Source: Candidatus Nanoarchaeia archaeon | GTDB lineage: Archaea; Nanobdellota; Nanobdellia; Woesearchaeales; UBA10216 | Length of the DNA stretch: 60,457 bases | Assembly: GCA_028279045.1 (NCBI GenBank) | Contig: JANQSZ010000027.1 | Coordinates: forward strand, 1 to 60,457 | Reading direction: 5' to 3' | Part shown: piece by piece, positions 33,217-41,271 of the stretch | Position numbering within the stretch: position 1 is the stretch's first letter | Layout of the letters: the number at the start of each line of letters is the position of its first letter | Notes under the pieces: model-generated | Told to the model about the DNA's origin: nothing | What the model saw: the letters and a program-made list of their open reading frames with translations, nothing else | Database searches by the model: none | Made by a program: the position numbers and the translations under genes

Positions 33217-33586
33217 TTTGTAGTGATTGTACTCGTTTTTTATCGTCTGTATCTAGTTCTGTGATCATCACGTTACTCGGATCCAATGGATAAAATGTCT
33301 TGGATCCTTCTCTTCGTACGCGTTCTGCTCCGTCAACGTAGATCTTACTATTCTTCATATCCACTCTGTTTACTAGTCCAGTTTTTCCGCGGTATTGCCC
33401 ACGCAATACTTTGACTGTGTCATTCTTTCGAATGCCTGTGCTTCGTCTTCCGTACTTCTTTTGAAGTTCTTTTGACAAGTGCACATTTAGGAACTTTCTC
33501 TTAACATGGTAAGGAGCTTCGAATCTAAACTTACGCTGCTTACGAGTTTGTGTACTCTTGTTCCATAACAGTGAAAAGGTTTTCAT
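33197..33586 (-). CDS. rpl24: Ribosomal protein uL24
   Basis: KOW motif KNDTVKVLRGQYRGKTGLVNRV. Confidence 0.9.
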   Translation of the reverse strand: MKTFSLLWNKSTQTRKQRKFRFEAPYHVKRKFLNVHLSKELQKKYGRRSTGIRKNDTVKVLRGQYRGKTGLVNRVDMKNSKIYVDGAERVRREGSKTFYPLDPSNVMITELDTDDKKRVQSLQNAKKTS

Positions 33587-33984
33587 GCGATTATACTAGC
33601 CACTTTTGAAATTGCTGGCCAGCGCTCCGTTGCTTCTTTTGCTATTGCTCCTTTGAAGATTGTTCCTTTCGGATTACCTTTGTCGTCTTTCAATACAACA
33701 ATTGCGTTATCTTCAAATCGAACACGTTCTCCTGCTGCTCTTCGGTACGGCATTTTTTGTCGTACGATCACGCCGAAGACTACCTGTTTTCTCATTTCTG
33801 GAGTTCCTTTCTTTACCGAGCAAAGTACAAGGTCACCGACGCCAGCACTAGGCTTTCGTCCTTTTCTTGTTTTCAGATTCTTTACAGAGATAACTCGAAC
33901 AATCTTAGCTCCGCTATTGTCGCACGTACTAACCGTGCTTCCATGGCTAAGTCCTCTAGTTACTCTTCCCTTTTGTGCCTTCAT
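33583..33984 (-). CDS. rpl14: Ribosomal protein uL14
   Basis: MKAQKGRVTRGLSHGSTVSTCDNSGAKIVRVISV. The start is taken at the second Met of ORF 33583-33999. It still overlaps the uS17 3-prime end by about 29 nt. Confidence 0.85.
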   Translation of the reverse strand: MKAQKGRVTRGLSHGSTVSTCDNSGAKIVRVISVKNLKTRKGRKPSAGVGDLVLCSVKKGTPEMRKQVVFGVIVRQKMPYRRAAGERVRFEDNAIVVLKDDKGNPKGTIFKGAIAKEATERWPAISKVASIIA

Positions 33985-34243
33985 CGACTTTCTCCACAAT
34001 AATGAATTTCTTGGTCTTGCTTATTGGTCGGCATTCCCGAACAACAACCAAGTCTCCTTCTTGAGCGTTAATACTTTCAGGGTTGTGTACCTTCAAGCGA
34101 GTTCGTCTTTTTTCGTAACGTTCATACTTTTTGATGTAGTGACGTCTCTCCAACTCGCCTACTGCTGTCTTTCTCATCTTTGCTGAGATGATTCGCAGCG
34201 TGAATGTTCTCCCTCTCACCGGGATGTTTGGTTCGTCTGTCAT
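33956..34243 (-). CDS. rps17: Ribosomal protein uS17
   Basis: RGRTFTLRIISAKMRKTAV...EGDLVVVRECRPISKTK. Confidence 0.9.
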   Translation of the reverse strand: MTDEPNIPVRGRTFTLRIISAKMRKTAVGELERRHYIKKYERYEKRRTRLKVHNPESINAQEGDLVVVRECRPISKTKKFIIVEKVDEGTKGKSN

Positions 34244-34458
34244 TTTTTTATCCGTTCTTCTGTGCGTCCAAGGATGTCTTTTCCCTGAACTTCTTTACCG
34301 TCGATCTCGAAAACCGCATGATCCTTGATCAGCGTCTTCCCATCAACCACAAATGTGTTCTTGGTTTCATCAACAATTGTTCCTTCCATGCCGATTTGTT
34401 CAGCATTTGTTGATTGAACAACTTTGATGTGTTTTCCTATGAACACGTCGCGGTTCAT
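34240..34458 (-). CDS. rnp1: RNase P protein component 1 (Rpp29/Pop4)
   Basis: 72 aa. FIGKHIKVVQSTNAEQIGMEGTIVDETKNTFVV. It sits in the conserved slot between uL29/SUI1 and uS17. Confidence 0.8.
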   Translation of the reverse strand: MNRDVFIGKHIKVVQSTNAEQIGMEGTIVDETKNTFVVDGKTLIKDHAVFEIDGKEVQGKDILGRTEERIKK

Positions 34459-34763
34459 TTGACCTCAACGGTGTTTTCCGGAAATCCTTTTTTCACGAGG
34501 ATCTCCTTGGCTCGTTGGCGGTGATCGCCTTGGAGCTCAATGACACCACCTTTGCTGGTGCCACCACACGCAAGCGCGGTCTTCATCTCTTTTCCGAGTT
34601 CTTTGACGTTGATATCTTTGGTATCAAAGCCTGCGATGACCGTGTTGACCTTGCCGAATTTTTTCTTGATTGTGTGAATCTTGATTTGTTGGTTTTCCTT
34701 TGCGATTGCGTCACAAACGCAAAGTTCTTTTGGTAAGCCACAAGTTGAGCATATTTCGTTCAT
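34455..34763 (-). CDS. Translation initiation factor SUI1 (aIF1)
   Basis: 102 aa. CSTCGLPKELCVC zinc knuckle, plus KKKFGKVNTVIAGF...ACGGTSKGGVIELQGDHR. Confidence 0.9.
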   Translation of the reverse strand: MNEICSTCGLPKELCVCDAIAKENQQIKIHTIKKKFGKVNTVIAGFDTKDINVKELGKEMKTALACGGTSKGGVIELQGDHRQRAKEILVKKGFPENTVEVK

Positions 34764-34972
34764 GCTTTTGTCTTTTGTTTCCTCCGTTGATTTAGGATTG
34801 TCAAGATGCGCGCGATTGTGCGCTTTGATCGTCTGATTTGTCCAGGGTTCTTTGGGATTGTTCCCGTTGCAACCTGGGCGTAGTCTTTCATTAACTCCTT
34901 TTGAAGTTCTGCCAGTTTCCCTTGCAATCCTTCATCATTCAGATTGCTTAGTTCCTTCATCGTTTTCGACAT
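34760..34972 (-). CDS. rpl29: Ribosomal protein uL29
   Basis: 70 aa. LQGKLAELQKELMKD...GQIRRSKRTIARILT. Confidence 0.85.
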   Translation of the reverse strand: MSKTMKELSNLNDEGLQGKLAELQKELMKDYAQVATGTIPKNPGQIRRSKRTIARILTILNQRRKQKTKA

Positions 34973-35708
34973 TTGGTTCCTCTGGTTTTTCTTCAGTCTT
35001 TTCTTCTGCTTTCTCAGCTGCTTTAGGAGCCTTCGCAGTCTTCTTTGCCTTTGGTTTTTCTTCAGTCTTTTCTTCCTTCTCGACTTGCTTTTCTGCTTCT
35101 TCTACTTCGTCTTTATTCATAGTAGGCATGCTTGCAAGCAAGCGAGGGTCTTTTGTCATGATACTTACTTGAACTCCAATAGTTCCTGATCGTAAGTGTG
35201 CAGATACTTTTGAACGTTGTACCGCAATTTCAGATAAGTTTCCGCACTTCTTTAGATAGCCATCAAATACTCGCCATCGTCTTGCACGAGAACTAGGAAT
35301 TTTTCCTGAAAGCAAGATTTCTACGCCGAGCGCACCTGCTTTCATGACATCTTCCATTGCGCGGTGCATTGCACCCTTAAATCGTTGTGATCCAAACCGT
35401 TCTAAAGACGAAGCAATTCGCTCTGCAACTATTTGTGCATCCAAATTAATGTTTTCTACTTCACTAATTTCGATTTGTGGATTGTCAAACTTGAATTCTT
35501 TCTTCAAAGTCTCTGTCAACTTACTGATGTTTTGACCTTTCTTTCCTACAATCAATCCAGGTCGTGCTGTGTAGATAATGATCTTCTCTCCCAAAGGAGT
35601 CTTCTGTAACTTAGTGTGGCTGTGTCCCACATTCTTCAGAGTACTTGAGATGAATTCCTGACTCTGGTATTCCTTCTTTCTCTGTTCCACGAATTCTCGT
35701 TCAATCAT
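34935..35708 (-). CDS. rps3: Ribosomal protein uS3 with a Glu/Lys/Ala-rich C-terminal tail
   Basis: KH domain (PGLIVGKKGQNISKL) and S3 C-domain, then a ~60-aa tail NKDEVEEAEKQVEKEEKTEEKPKAKKTAKAPKAAEKAEEKTEEKPEEP... Confidence 0.9.
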   Translation of the reverse strand: MIEREFVEQRKKEYQSQEFISSTLKNVGHSHTKLQKTPLGEKIIIYTARPGLIVGKKGQNISKLTETLKKEFKFDNPQIEISEVENINLDAQIVAERIASSLERFGSQRFKGAMHRAMEDVMKAGALGVEILLSGKIPSSRARRWRVFDGYLKKCGNLSEIAVQRSKVSAHLRSGTIGVQVSIMTKDPRLLASMPTMNKDEVEEAEKQVEKEEKTEEKPKAKKTAKAPKAAEKAEEKTEEKPEEPNVENDEGTKQSE

Positions 35709-36400
35709 TGTTTATCGTCCTTTGGAGCTTGTTTGTTTTCAGCTGCTTTCTCAGCCTTAGGTTTTTGTGCCTTTGCTGGTGCTTCCTTTGCAGGTTCTGC
35801 AGCTTTTGGCTTAACTTCCTTCTTTGGTTCTGCTTTTGGTGTTTCTGCTTTCTTAGCAGGAGTTTCTTTTTTCTCAACTGGTTTAGGAGCTTCTTTCTTC
35901 ACTTCTGGTTTTGCAGCTTTTACTTCTGCCGCCTTTGGTTTCTCTTCAACCTTCGGTACTTCTTTCTTTGGAGTTGCCTTCTTTTCTACTTCTTCAACAA
36001 CAATATCGATGTTTGTTCGCTTCATTTTTCGTCTTCGTTGTCGTCCAAAGTGGAATTGCTGTGATGCTTTGTTAGCAACAGCATATGTGATGATGAGTTC
36101 GCCTTCTGTCAATCCTTTTTGGCGTGCGTTTGCTTCTGCGTTTTTCAAAACGTCAATGATTTCATTGCATGCTTTAACAGGATATCGTCCAGGTCCCATT
36201 CCAACTTTATGTCCAGTTCCGCCTTTGTTGAATCGCTTGTGCGGTAGCGCTTTCTTCATGTCTGCAATGTCTTCGAGCATAACAATAGCTTTCAAGAGTG
36301 GCTTTTGTCTGATAGCTGTACAAACTTCTACCGACTTCTTGAATGAGATTGGCAAGTTATTGCCTTTCGCCCGTGCTGTTGTTTTCTCGTCGAATTTCAT
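35705..36400 (-). CDS. rpl22: Ribosomal protein uL22 with a ~95-aa Lys/Pro/Ala/Glu-rich C-terminal tail
   Basis: AKGNNLPISFKKSVEVCTAIR core, then KKATPKKEVPKVEEKPKAAEVKAAKPEVKKEAPKPVEKKETPAKKAETPKAEPKKEVKPKAAEPAKEAPAKAQKPKAEKAAENKQAPKDDKQ. Confidence 0.9.
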   Translation of the reverse strand: MKFDEKTTARAKGNNLPISFKKSVEVCTAIRQKPLLKAIVMLEDIADMKKALPHKRFNKGGTGHKVGMGPGRYPVKACNEIIDVLKNAEANARQKGLTEGELIITYAVANKASQQFHFGRQRRRKMKRTNIDIVVEEVEKKATPKKEVPKVEEKPKAAEVKAAKPEVKKEAPKPVEKKETPAKKAETPKAEPKKEVKPKAAEPAKEAPAKAQKPKAEKAAENKQAPKDDKQ

Positions 36401-36401
36401 T

Positions 36402-36782
36402 TTACTTCACTGATCGGTGTGCGCTTGATCTACTTGCGCCGACACCTGGAGCAGTATGTCCTACTCTGTTTCTTGTTAATGCAAACTCTCCCAGGTAATG
36501 CCCTAGCATTTCTGGTTCTACACGTACTGGCAAGAATGCCTTGCCGTTGTGAACGTTAATCGTTTTTCCGACCATTGCAGGCACAATGATCATGTCTCGA
36601 CAGTGTGTCTCAACATTCTTTCCTTTCTTCACTTTCTCAAGCAAATCTTTCTGCTTGTCACTCAACCCTCTTAGCAAGGTACGTCGTGATCTTGACGGGA
36701 TGAGTTCTGCGAACTCTTTCAAACTCAACTCCTCGAGTTCTGCTACTGTTTTTCCGCGTAGTGTGAATTCTTTCTTTGCCAT
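36402..36782 (-). CDS. rps19: Ribosomal protein uS19
   Basis: [25 protein letters not shown]. Confidence 0.9.
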   Translation of the reverse strand: MAKKEFTLRGKTVAELEELSLKEFAELIPSRSRRTLLRGLSDKQKDLLEKVKKGKNVETHCRDMIIVPAMVGKTINVHNGKAFLPVRVEPEMLGHYLGEFALTRNRVGHTAPGVGASRSSAHRSVK

Positions 36783-37495
36783 TATCGTCCCTTCCTTCTA
36801 CCCGTTCTCTTAGCACGGATCTTTCCAACTTTTCTTCCTGGAGAAGCAAAGCGTGGTGAAATTGTTACAACACCCTTGTGCGAGCTTGACGATCCACCGT
36901 ATGGGTGGTCTACTGCGTTCATTGCAACTGCACTTGTTCGCGGGTACAATGTGTTCTTTGCCTTGGATTTGTGGTATTTGTTTCCTGCTTTCAACAGTGG
37001 CTTCTCCAATCGTCCGCCACCAGCAATAATACCAATAGTCGCACGGCAGTTTTTCTTGAATACCTTCTTTTTCTTTGAAGGCAACTGTACAATAACACCG
37101 TCCTTCGTTTTTGTCAGTACACGAGCATACGTTCCACCAGCACGGACGAATTTTCCGCCGTCTCCTGGCTTGCTTTCAATGTTGTAAATAAGCTGTCCTT
37201 CCTCAATACTGTCAAGAGGAAGTGTGTTACCCACTTTCATTTCAGCATCTTTGCTTGTTTGTACTGTATCGCCTACCTTTACACCGTGAGGCGCAATACT
37301 CAATTGCGTTTTCTTGCCATGAGCTACCACGATAAGTGGTGCACTATGGCCTTGACTGTGAATAATATCTGTGATCTTTCCCTCGGATTCCTTGTCAACT
37401 GGGATGTTACCAGCACGTCCTGCATACCTAAAACTAGGTGCGCGGTATGTTGTGGTGCCTCGTCCTCGTTTTTGTGATATAATTCGTTTTCCCAT
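36782..37495 (-). CDS. rpl2: Ribosomal protein uL2
   Basis: [17 protein letters not shown]...[16 protein letters not shown]. Confidence 0.95.
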   Translation of the reverse strand: MGKRIISQKRGRGTTTYRAPSFRYAGRAGNIPVDKESEGKITDIIHSQGHSAPLIVVAHGKKTQLSIAPHGVKVGDTVQTSKDAEMKVGNTLPLDSIEEGQLIYNIESKPGDGGKFVRAGGTYARVLTKTKDGVIVQLPSKKKKVFKKNCRATIGIIAGGGRLEKPLLKAGNKYHKSKAKNTLYPRTSAVAMNAVDHPYGGSSSSHKGVVTISPRFASPGRKVGKIRAKRTGRRKGR

Positions 37496-37496
37496 T

Positions 37497-37754
37497 TTAC
37501 ATCAATCCTAGTTGCGTTGCAATTTCAATTGCTGGCATATCTTGAGTAAGTGTAATGTATGCATACTTCTTCTTGCCACGAACCAACGTGTTTACTGCTG
37601 CAGGTGTTGTATTGAACATCTCCTTGAATGCAGCTTTAACGTCATTTTTTGTAGCAGCGGAATCTACCACAAACAAGAGCTTGTTCTCTTGTTCCATCAA
37701 CCGGATTGTTTTTTCCGTTGATATTGGGTATTTGAGTGTCTTGAATTGTTCCAT
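37497..37754 (-). CDS. rpl23: Ribosomal protein uL23
   Basis: MEQFKTLKYPISTEKTIRLMEQENKLLFVVD. The ATG at 37754 lies 1 nt after the uL4 stop. The ORF-track start at 37763 is TTG. Confidence 0.85.
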   Translation of the reverse strand: MEQFKTLKYPISTEKTIRLMEQENKLLFVVDSAATKNDVKAAFKEMFNTTPAAVNTLVRGKKKYAYITLTQDMPAIEIATQLGLM

Positions 37755-37755
37755 T

Positions 37756-38559
37756 TTACACAAACAATGATTCTTTCCCTATTCTTGTGATTGCATCTTC
37801 TGTGAAGATTGTTAATCGTCCTGGTTCTCGTCCAGGCGCGAGTAGTTGTGCGTTCAAGCTATCAACCACAGTAACTTCCACGCCAGGAATGTTTCGTGCA
37901 GCCTTTGTTAGCGGACTTTCCTTCGAAACAACAAGCAAAGGACCTGTCTTGGTTCTGTACCGTCGACTTCGCATGGTTCCTTTTCCTGCGCGGATTGTTC
38001 TTTTACTAACTCTTGCCAATTCTTCACTCAAGTTGAATTTCTCAAGTGCTGCTTTGACATCTTTCGTCTTTGATAATGATTCAAACTTACCGTCAACAAC
38101 AAACGGATAGTTCTTTGGAACTTTGTGGTGTTCAGAAACAAGTTCAGAATCAACCGTAGCAGCAAGTGCTGATCGAATTGCTTTTCTTCGTTCTTTCTTG
38201 TTGATCTTTTGTTCCCAGTTCTTTGTTGCCTTTGGTGGATGCGCCCTTCTACCGCCTTTTGTTCCTGGCGCTTCTGCTCCTTCCCAGTTCATTTGTGTAC
38301 CGCGTCGGGACATAACCTTTCTTGGAACACGACTTACTCCCAATCCATACGCACCACGATAATCATGTCTTCGTCGTGATACGTTAGCTGAGTGTTGTAA
38401 TCCTGCGCGAGGATCTGCACCATACGCTTGGCGTTCTCCTGCTTGTAATGCAAGTACTGCTCTCTTAATCAAGGGAGCGGAAACAGGTTCTTCGAATTGC
38501 TTTGGCAACTCGATGTCCTTTGTTGTTTCGCTGCTTGCAGAGAGTACTTTTAATTTCAT
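37756..38559 (-). CDS. rpl4: Ribosomal protein uL4
   Basis: 267 aa. AYGADPRAGLQHSA...GGRRAHPPK. Confidence 0.9.
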   Translation of the reverse strand: MKLKVLSASSETTKDIELPKQFEEPVSAPLIKRAVLALQAGERQAYGADPRAGLQHSANVSRRRHDYRGAYGLGVSRVPRKVMSRRGTQMNWEGAEAPGTKGGRRAHPPKATKNWEQKINKKERRKAIRSALAATVDSELVSEHHKVPKNYPFVVDGKFESLSKTKDVKAALEKFNLSEELARVSKRTIRAGKGTMRSRRYRTKTGPLLVVSKESPLTKAARNIPGVEVTVVDSLNAQLLAPGREPGRLTIFTEDAITRIGKESLFV

Positions 38560-39539
38560 TGTCCTTGTTGTGAGGTCTTGCTCACGTAGTTTATTGCCGG
38601 TGCATCTTTAGCAAATCTCTTTGCTGGTCGATGACTGTTTTGGAACTTAACTAATCGCTTAGGAGCTCCCATGACAGAACCTTTAACCAAAATATAAGTC
38701 GATTTCACATTTCCGTAATGCTTGAATCCACTCGTTGCATTGATGTCTTCAGGTTTGTCGTCGATCTTGAGAATAATTTTGTTCAAATCGTTTCTGTTGT
38801 GATATCCCATCTGTCCTGCATGTGCAACAGTCCAGCTTCGGTTTCCTGCCCATGGACCAAGGTTTGCTGGTCCTCGAACACCTTTTTCAGATTTATGTGA
38901 TCTAAAAGAAACTCCAAATCTCTTTACAGGACCTTGGAATCCTTTTCCTTTGGTAACACCGTAAACAATAACCTGTGCTCCTTCTTGGAAAACGTCTCCA
39001 ACACTAATTTCCTTACCAAGATTTTCTTTTGCATATGCAAATTGATCTTCAACACTTCCTCCAAGAGCAAGTTCGAATACTTCTGGTTTCTTTTTTCCAA
39101 AGCCTGCCTTTTCTGGTTGTGTAGCAACGTTAACACGTACTTCCACAACATCATCAAGTTTAACGTTTGCAAGTTCCTTTGCAGGATCTTTCTTAGTAAT
39201 ACGCAATTTGCGTGCAAGAGATTTAGCACCTTTGTGCATAATTTCAGTCTTCAACCGAAGACCTTCAGATTTTTTTTCATATAAGCGAACAGAAATGAGA
39301 GAAAGAGGAGGACATTCAAGAATCGTGACCGGCATCCGGACATCTTGACCCTTGTTTGGGCTGTGTTTCCGATTTTCGGTTACGACAACGTGTGTCATCC
39401 CAACTTTATAGCCTGCAAACCCAGAAAGTTTCGCATCTTTACCAGTATGGTGCGTTCTAATGCGACTATACGCCCGCTTCGCGCGCTTTCGTGGCGCGTA
39501 CTGTAGGCTTCCACTTCTTGGTTGTCTCGTTGTAGGCAT
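38556..39539 (-). CDS. rpl3: Ribosomal protein uL3 (first gene of the cluster)
   Basis: 327 aa. FAGYKVGMTHV...GKGFQGPVKRFG. Strong SD GAGGGTGAT at about 39553-39561. Confidence 0.95.
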   Translation of the reverse strand: MPTTRQPRSGSLQYAPRKRAKRAYSRIRTHHTGKDAKLSGFAGYKVGMTHVVVTENRKHSPNKGQDVRMPVTILECPPLSLISVRLYEKKSEGLRLKTEIMHKGAKSLARKLRITKKDPAKELANVKLDDVVEVRVNVATQPEKAGFGKKKPEVFELALGGSVEDQFAYAKENLGKEISVGDVFQEGAQVIVYGVTKGKGFQGPVKRFGVSFRSHKSEKGVRGPANLGPWAGNRSWTVAHAGQMGYHNRNDLNKIILKIDDKPEDINATSGFKHYGNVKSTYILVKGSVMGAPKRLVKFQNSHRPAKRFAKDAPAINYVSKTSQQGQ

Positions 39540-39717
39540 TGTTTGTCTCTAATCACCCTCTTTAGTATAGGATGGAAGTTTGCTGTAAGATGCCTCTTCG
39601 TGAGAACCCACTATAGAACCAGAGCCGAAACTCAGTACTGAAAAGGTCCTCTTTTCAGGCATTTGGTGATCTGCAGTACCCCCTGGTACTAGCATCTTCA
39701 GAAGGAAACGAGGTCTC

Positions 39718-39725
39718 TTTATAAA
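39718..39725 (-). promoter_or_regulatory. Candidate TATA box (TTTATAAA, palindromic) for the ribosomal-protein operon
   Basis: It lies about 25 nt downstream of the primase stop and about 180 nt upstream of the uL3 ATG. This predicts a leader of about 150 nt. Confidence 0.4.
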
Positions 39726-39749
39726 GCTTACGAGTGTGGAGCCCTATTT

Positions 39750-41228
39750 TCAGCTCTTCTGGGCAGTCCTCTTGGCCGCGATCACAGGATTTTTGCACCT
39801 ACTGCAGATATCCTCAGCACACTTGACTCCCAAGTCTTTATAATAGGCATCATTGGCACAGTTCGGTGGAGCCTTCCCTTTGCCCTGCCTCTTGTGGTAG
39901 CTCAGCTGGCTCTTTATATAGACCTCTCGCAGTGGCTCCTTATTCACCTTGTTCCACTCCTCTACTCGAGCCTCTATAGCATCGGGTTCCCAGCCCACGC
40001 TACCCAGAAAATTCGTCAATATGAATAATCCCCGTTTTTTCCCATCATCCATTCCAGCCAGAATCTTCTTGATACACTCTGGAAAGTACTTCTCTTCTAT
40101 AGCCTCATCCGGAATCTCGTATTCCTGCGGCTTCTCTTCTTCTACTTCTGGAGCCACAAAGCTGTAGTCCAGTGCATGCTGCAGCAAATCCTCAGCATCT
40201 CCTTGTGCTTGCCGATCCAGCCAGCCATGCTTCGGCCCTGCAAACTGGCTGCCTTCAGCTGTCTTTTCATCAAACTCCGGAATGCGATCAGGATCGATCG
40301 GCAACGAAATCCTACTTGATTTCTCATGCAGCGAGTACGCCATCCGGTACATGTGTCTGCTACTAAACAATAACGCATCCAAACTCAAAATTTTCTTTAC
40401 ATTCAGTATCGGTTTGAAATTTATTGCAGGACATCCGCAGTGCGCTGCTTCTTTTACTTCATGAATTTCCTCTTTGATAAATTTCCCACCGCAATTGATA
40501 CATTCTTCAACAGGGTTTCCAAATTGTTTTGTGCAACTTTTACAAACATAAACTTTTTTCTCTTCACTTTTCCCTTCTAATCGAATGTGATGCACCATGC
40601 ATTCTTGTTGCAACAATTCTTTCTCACTTACCCCAACCATTTCCGCTACTTTGGAACGTTCTATTTTCGTTCCTGCAAAACTTATGGCTGTTCCCTCGAC
40701 GGAAACCACATGCAATTCCACAATTCTAATTAAGTATTCAATAATCCTTTTGGGATACTCAGGGAATTCTTTTGCAACATCTTTCTCTCCCATATAATCC
40801 GGAAACGCTTGCCACGGCACTCCAATATGAAATCCTTTATTGCCAGAATATTTCGCAGAAATACTTTTTACTCCTTCTCTACGCAATGCAGCAACCAAAC
40901 TCGCTGCAATGTGCTTAGATAACGCCAATGATGGACAATCAACATCCAGGATTAAATCCCATCCCATCCGCAGTTCATCTAAATCTTGCCGCCGCATGCC
41001 AGTTTGCAATTGCAACGGATTACTCCACAATTCTTCAGATGCATGAAAACTCGTCGCTCCTTGTTTCGCAAGTTCCAGCACATCTTGCTCATAACTTAAC
41101 ACGTCCGGCCGCTTCCCAAAGTGCGTGTCGAACCGCACTGCTACTTCCTTGCGCTGCCCCTCCTCAACCATGCACTTCTGCACGTCGGGGCGTTTATAAT
41201 GATTTAATCGGATGGAAGGATGGATCAT
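39750..41228 (-). CDS. priS: DNA primase: PriS catalytic domain fused to a PriL-CTD-like Fe-S domain
   Basis: 492 aa. AEP motifs DLILDVDC, SGNKGFHI and YRMAYSLHEKS. Zn knuckle CKSC...CINC. The C-terminal ~110 aa has FPECIKKIL...KRGLFILTNFL...QLSYHKR...PPNC...KCAEDICSRC, which resembles the 4-Cys PriL C-terminal domain. Confidence 0.85.
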   Translation of the reverse strand: MIHPSIRLNHYKRPDVQKCMVEEGQRKEVAVRFDTHFGKRPDVLSYEQDVLELAKQGATSFHASEELWSNPLQLQTGMRRQDLDELRMGWDLILDVDCPSLALSKHIAASLVAALRREGVKSISAKYSGNKGFHIGVPWQAFPDYMGEKDVAKEFPEYPKRIIEYLIRIVELHVVSVEGTAISFAGTKIERSKVAEMVGVSEKELLQQECMVHHIRLEGKSEEKKVYVCKSCTKQFGNPVEECINCGGKFIKEEIHEVKEAAHCGCPAINFKPILNVKKILSLDALLFSSRHMYRMAYSLHEKSSRISLPIDPDRIPEFDEKTAEGSQFAGPKHGWLDRQAQGDAEDLLQHALDYSFVAPEVEEEKPQEYEIPDEAIEEKYFPECIKKILAGMDDGKKRGLFILTNFLGSVGWEPDAIEARVEEWNKVNKEPLREVYIKSQLSYHKRQGKGKAPPNCANDAYYKDLGVKCAEDICSRCKNPVIAAKRTAQKS

Positions 41229-41271
41229 CTAGTGCGGAAGATTTTTAGTGATTATATGGTTTCCGCATTGC

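Noticed and set aside
35733-36413. 226-aa plus-strand ORF, along with similar ones at 35708-36064, 34852-35172, 34944-35189, 30255-30659 and 30323-30673, antisense to ribosomal-protein genes
   Set aside because: These are mirror images of the K/E/A/P-rich tail codons (AAG/GAA/GCT read backwards give CTT/TTC/AGC). They translate to F/S/L/C-rich nonsense and lie entirely inside well-supported ribosomal-protein genes.
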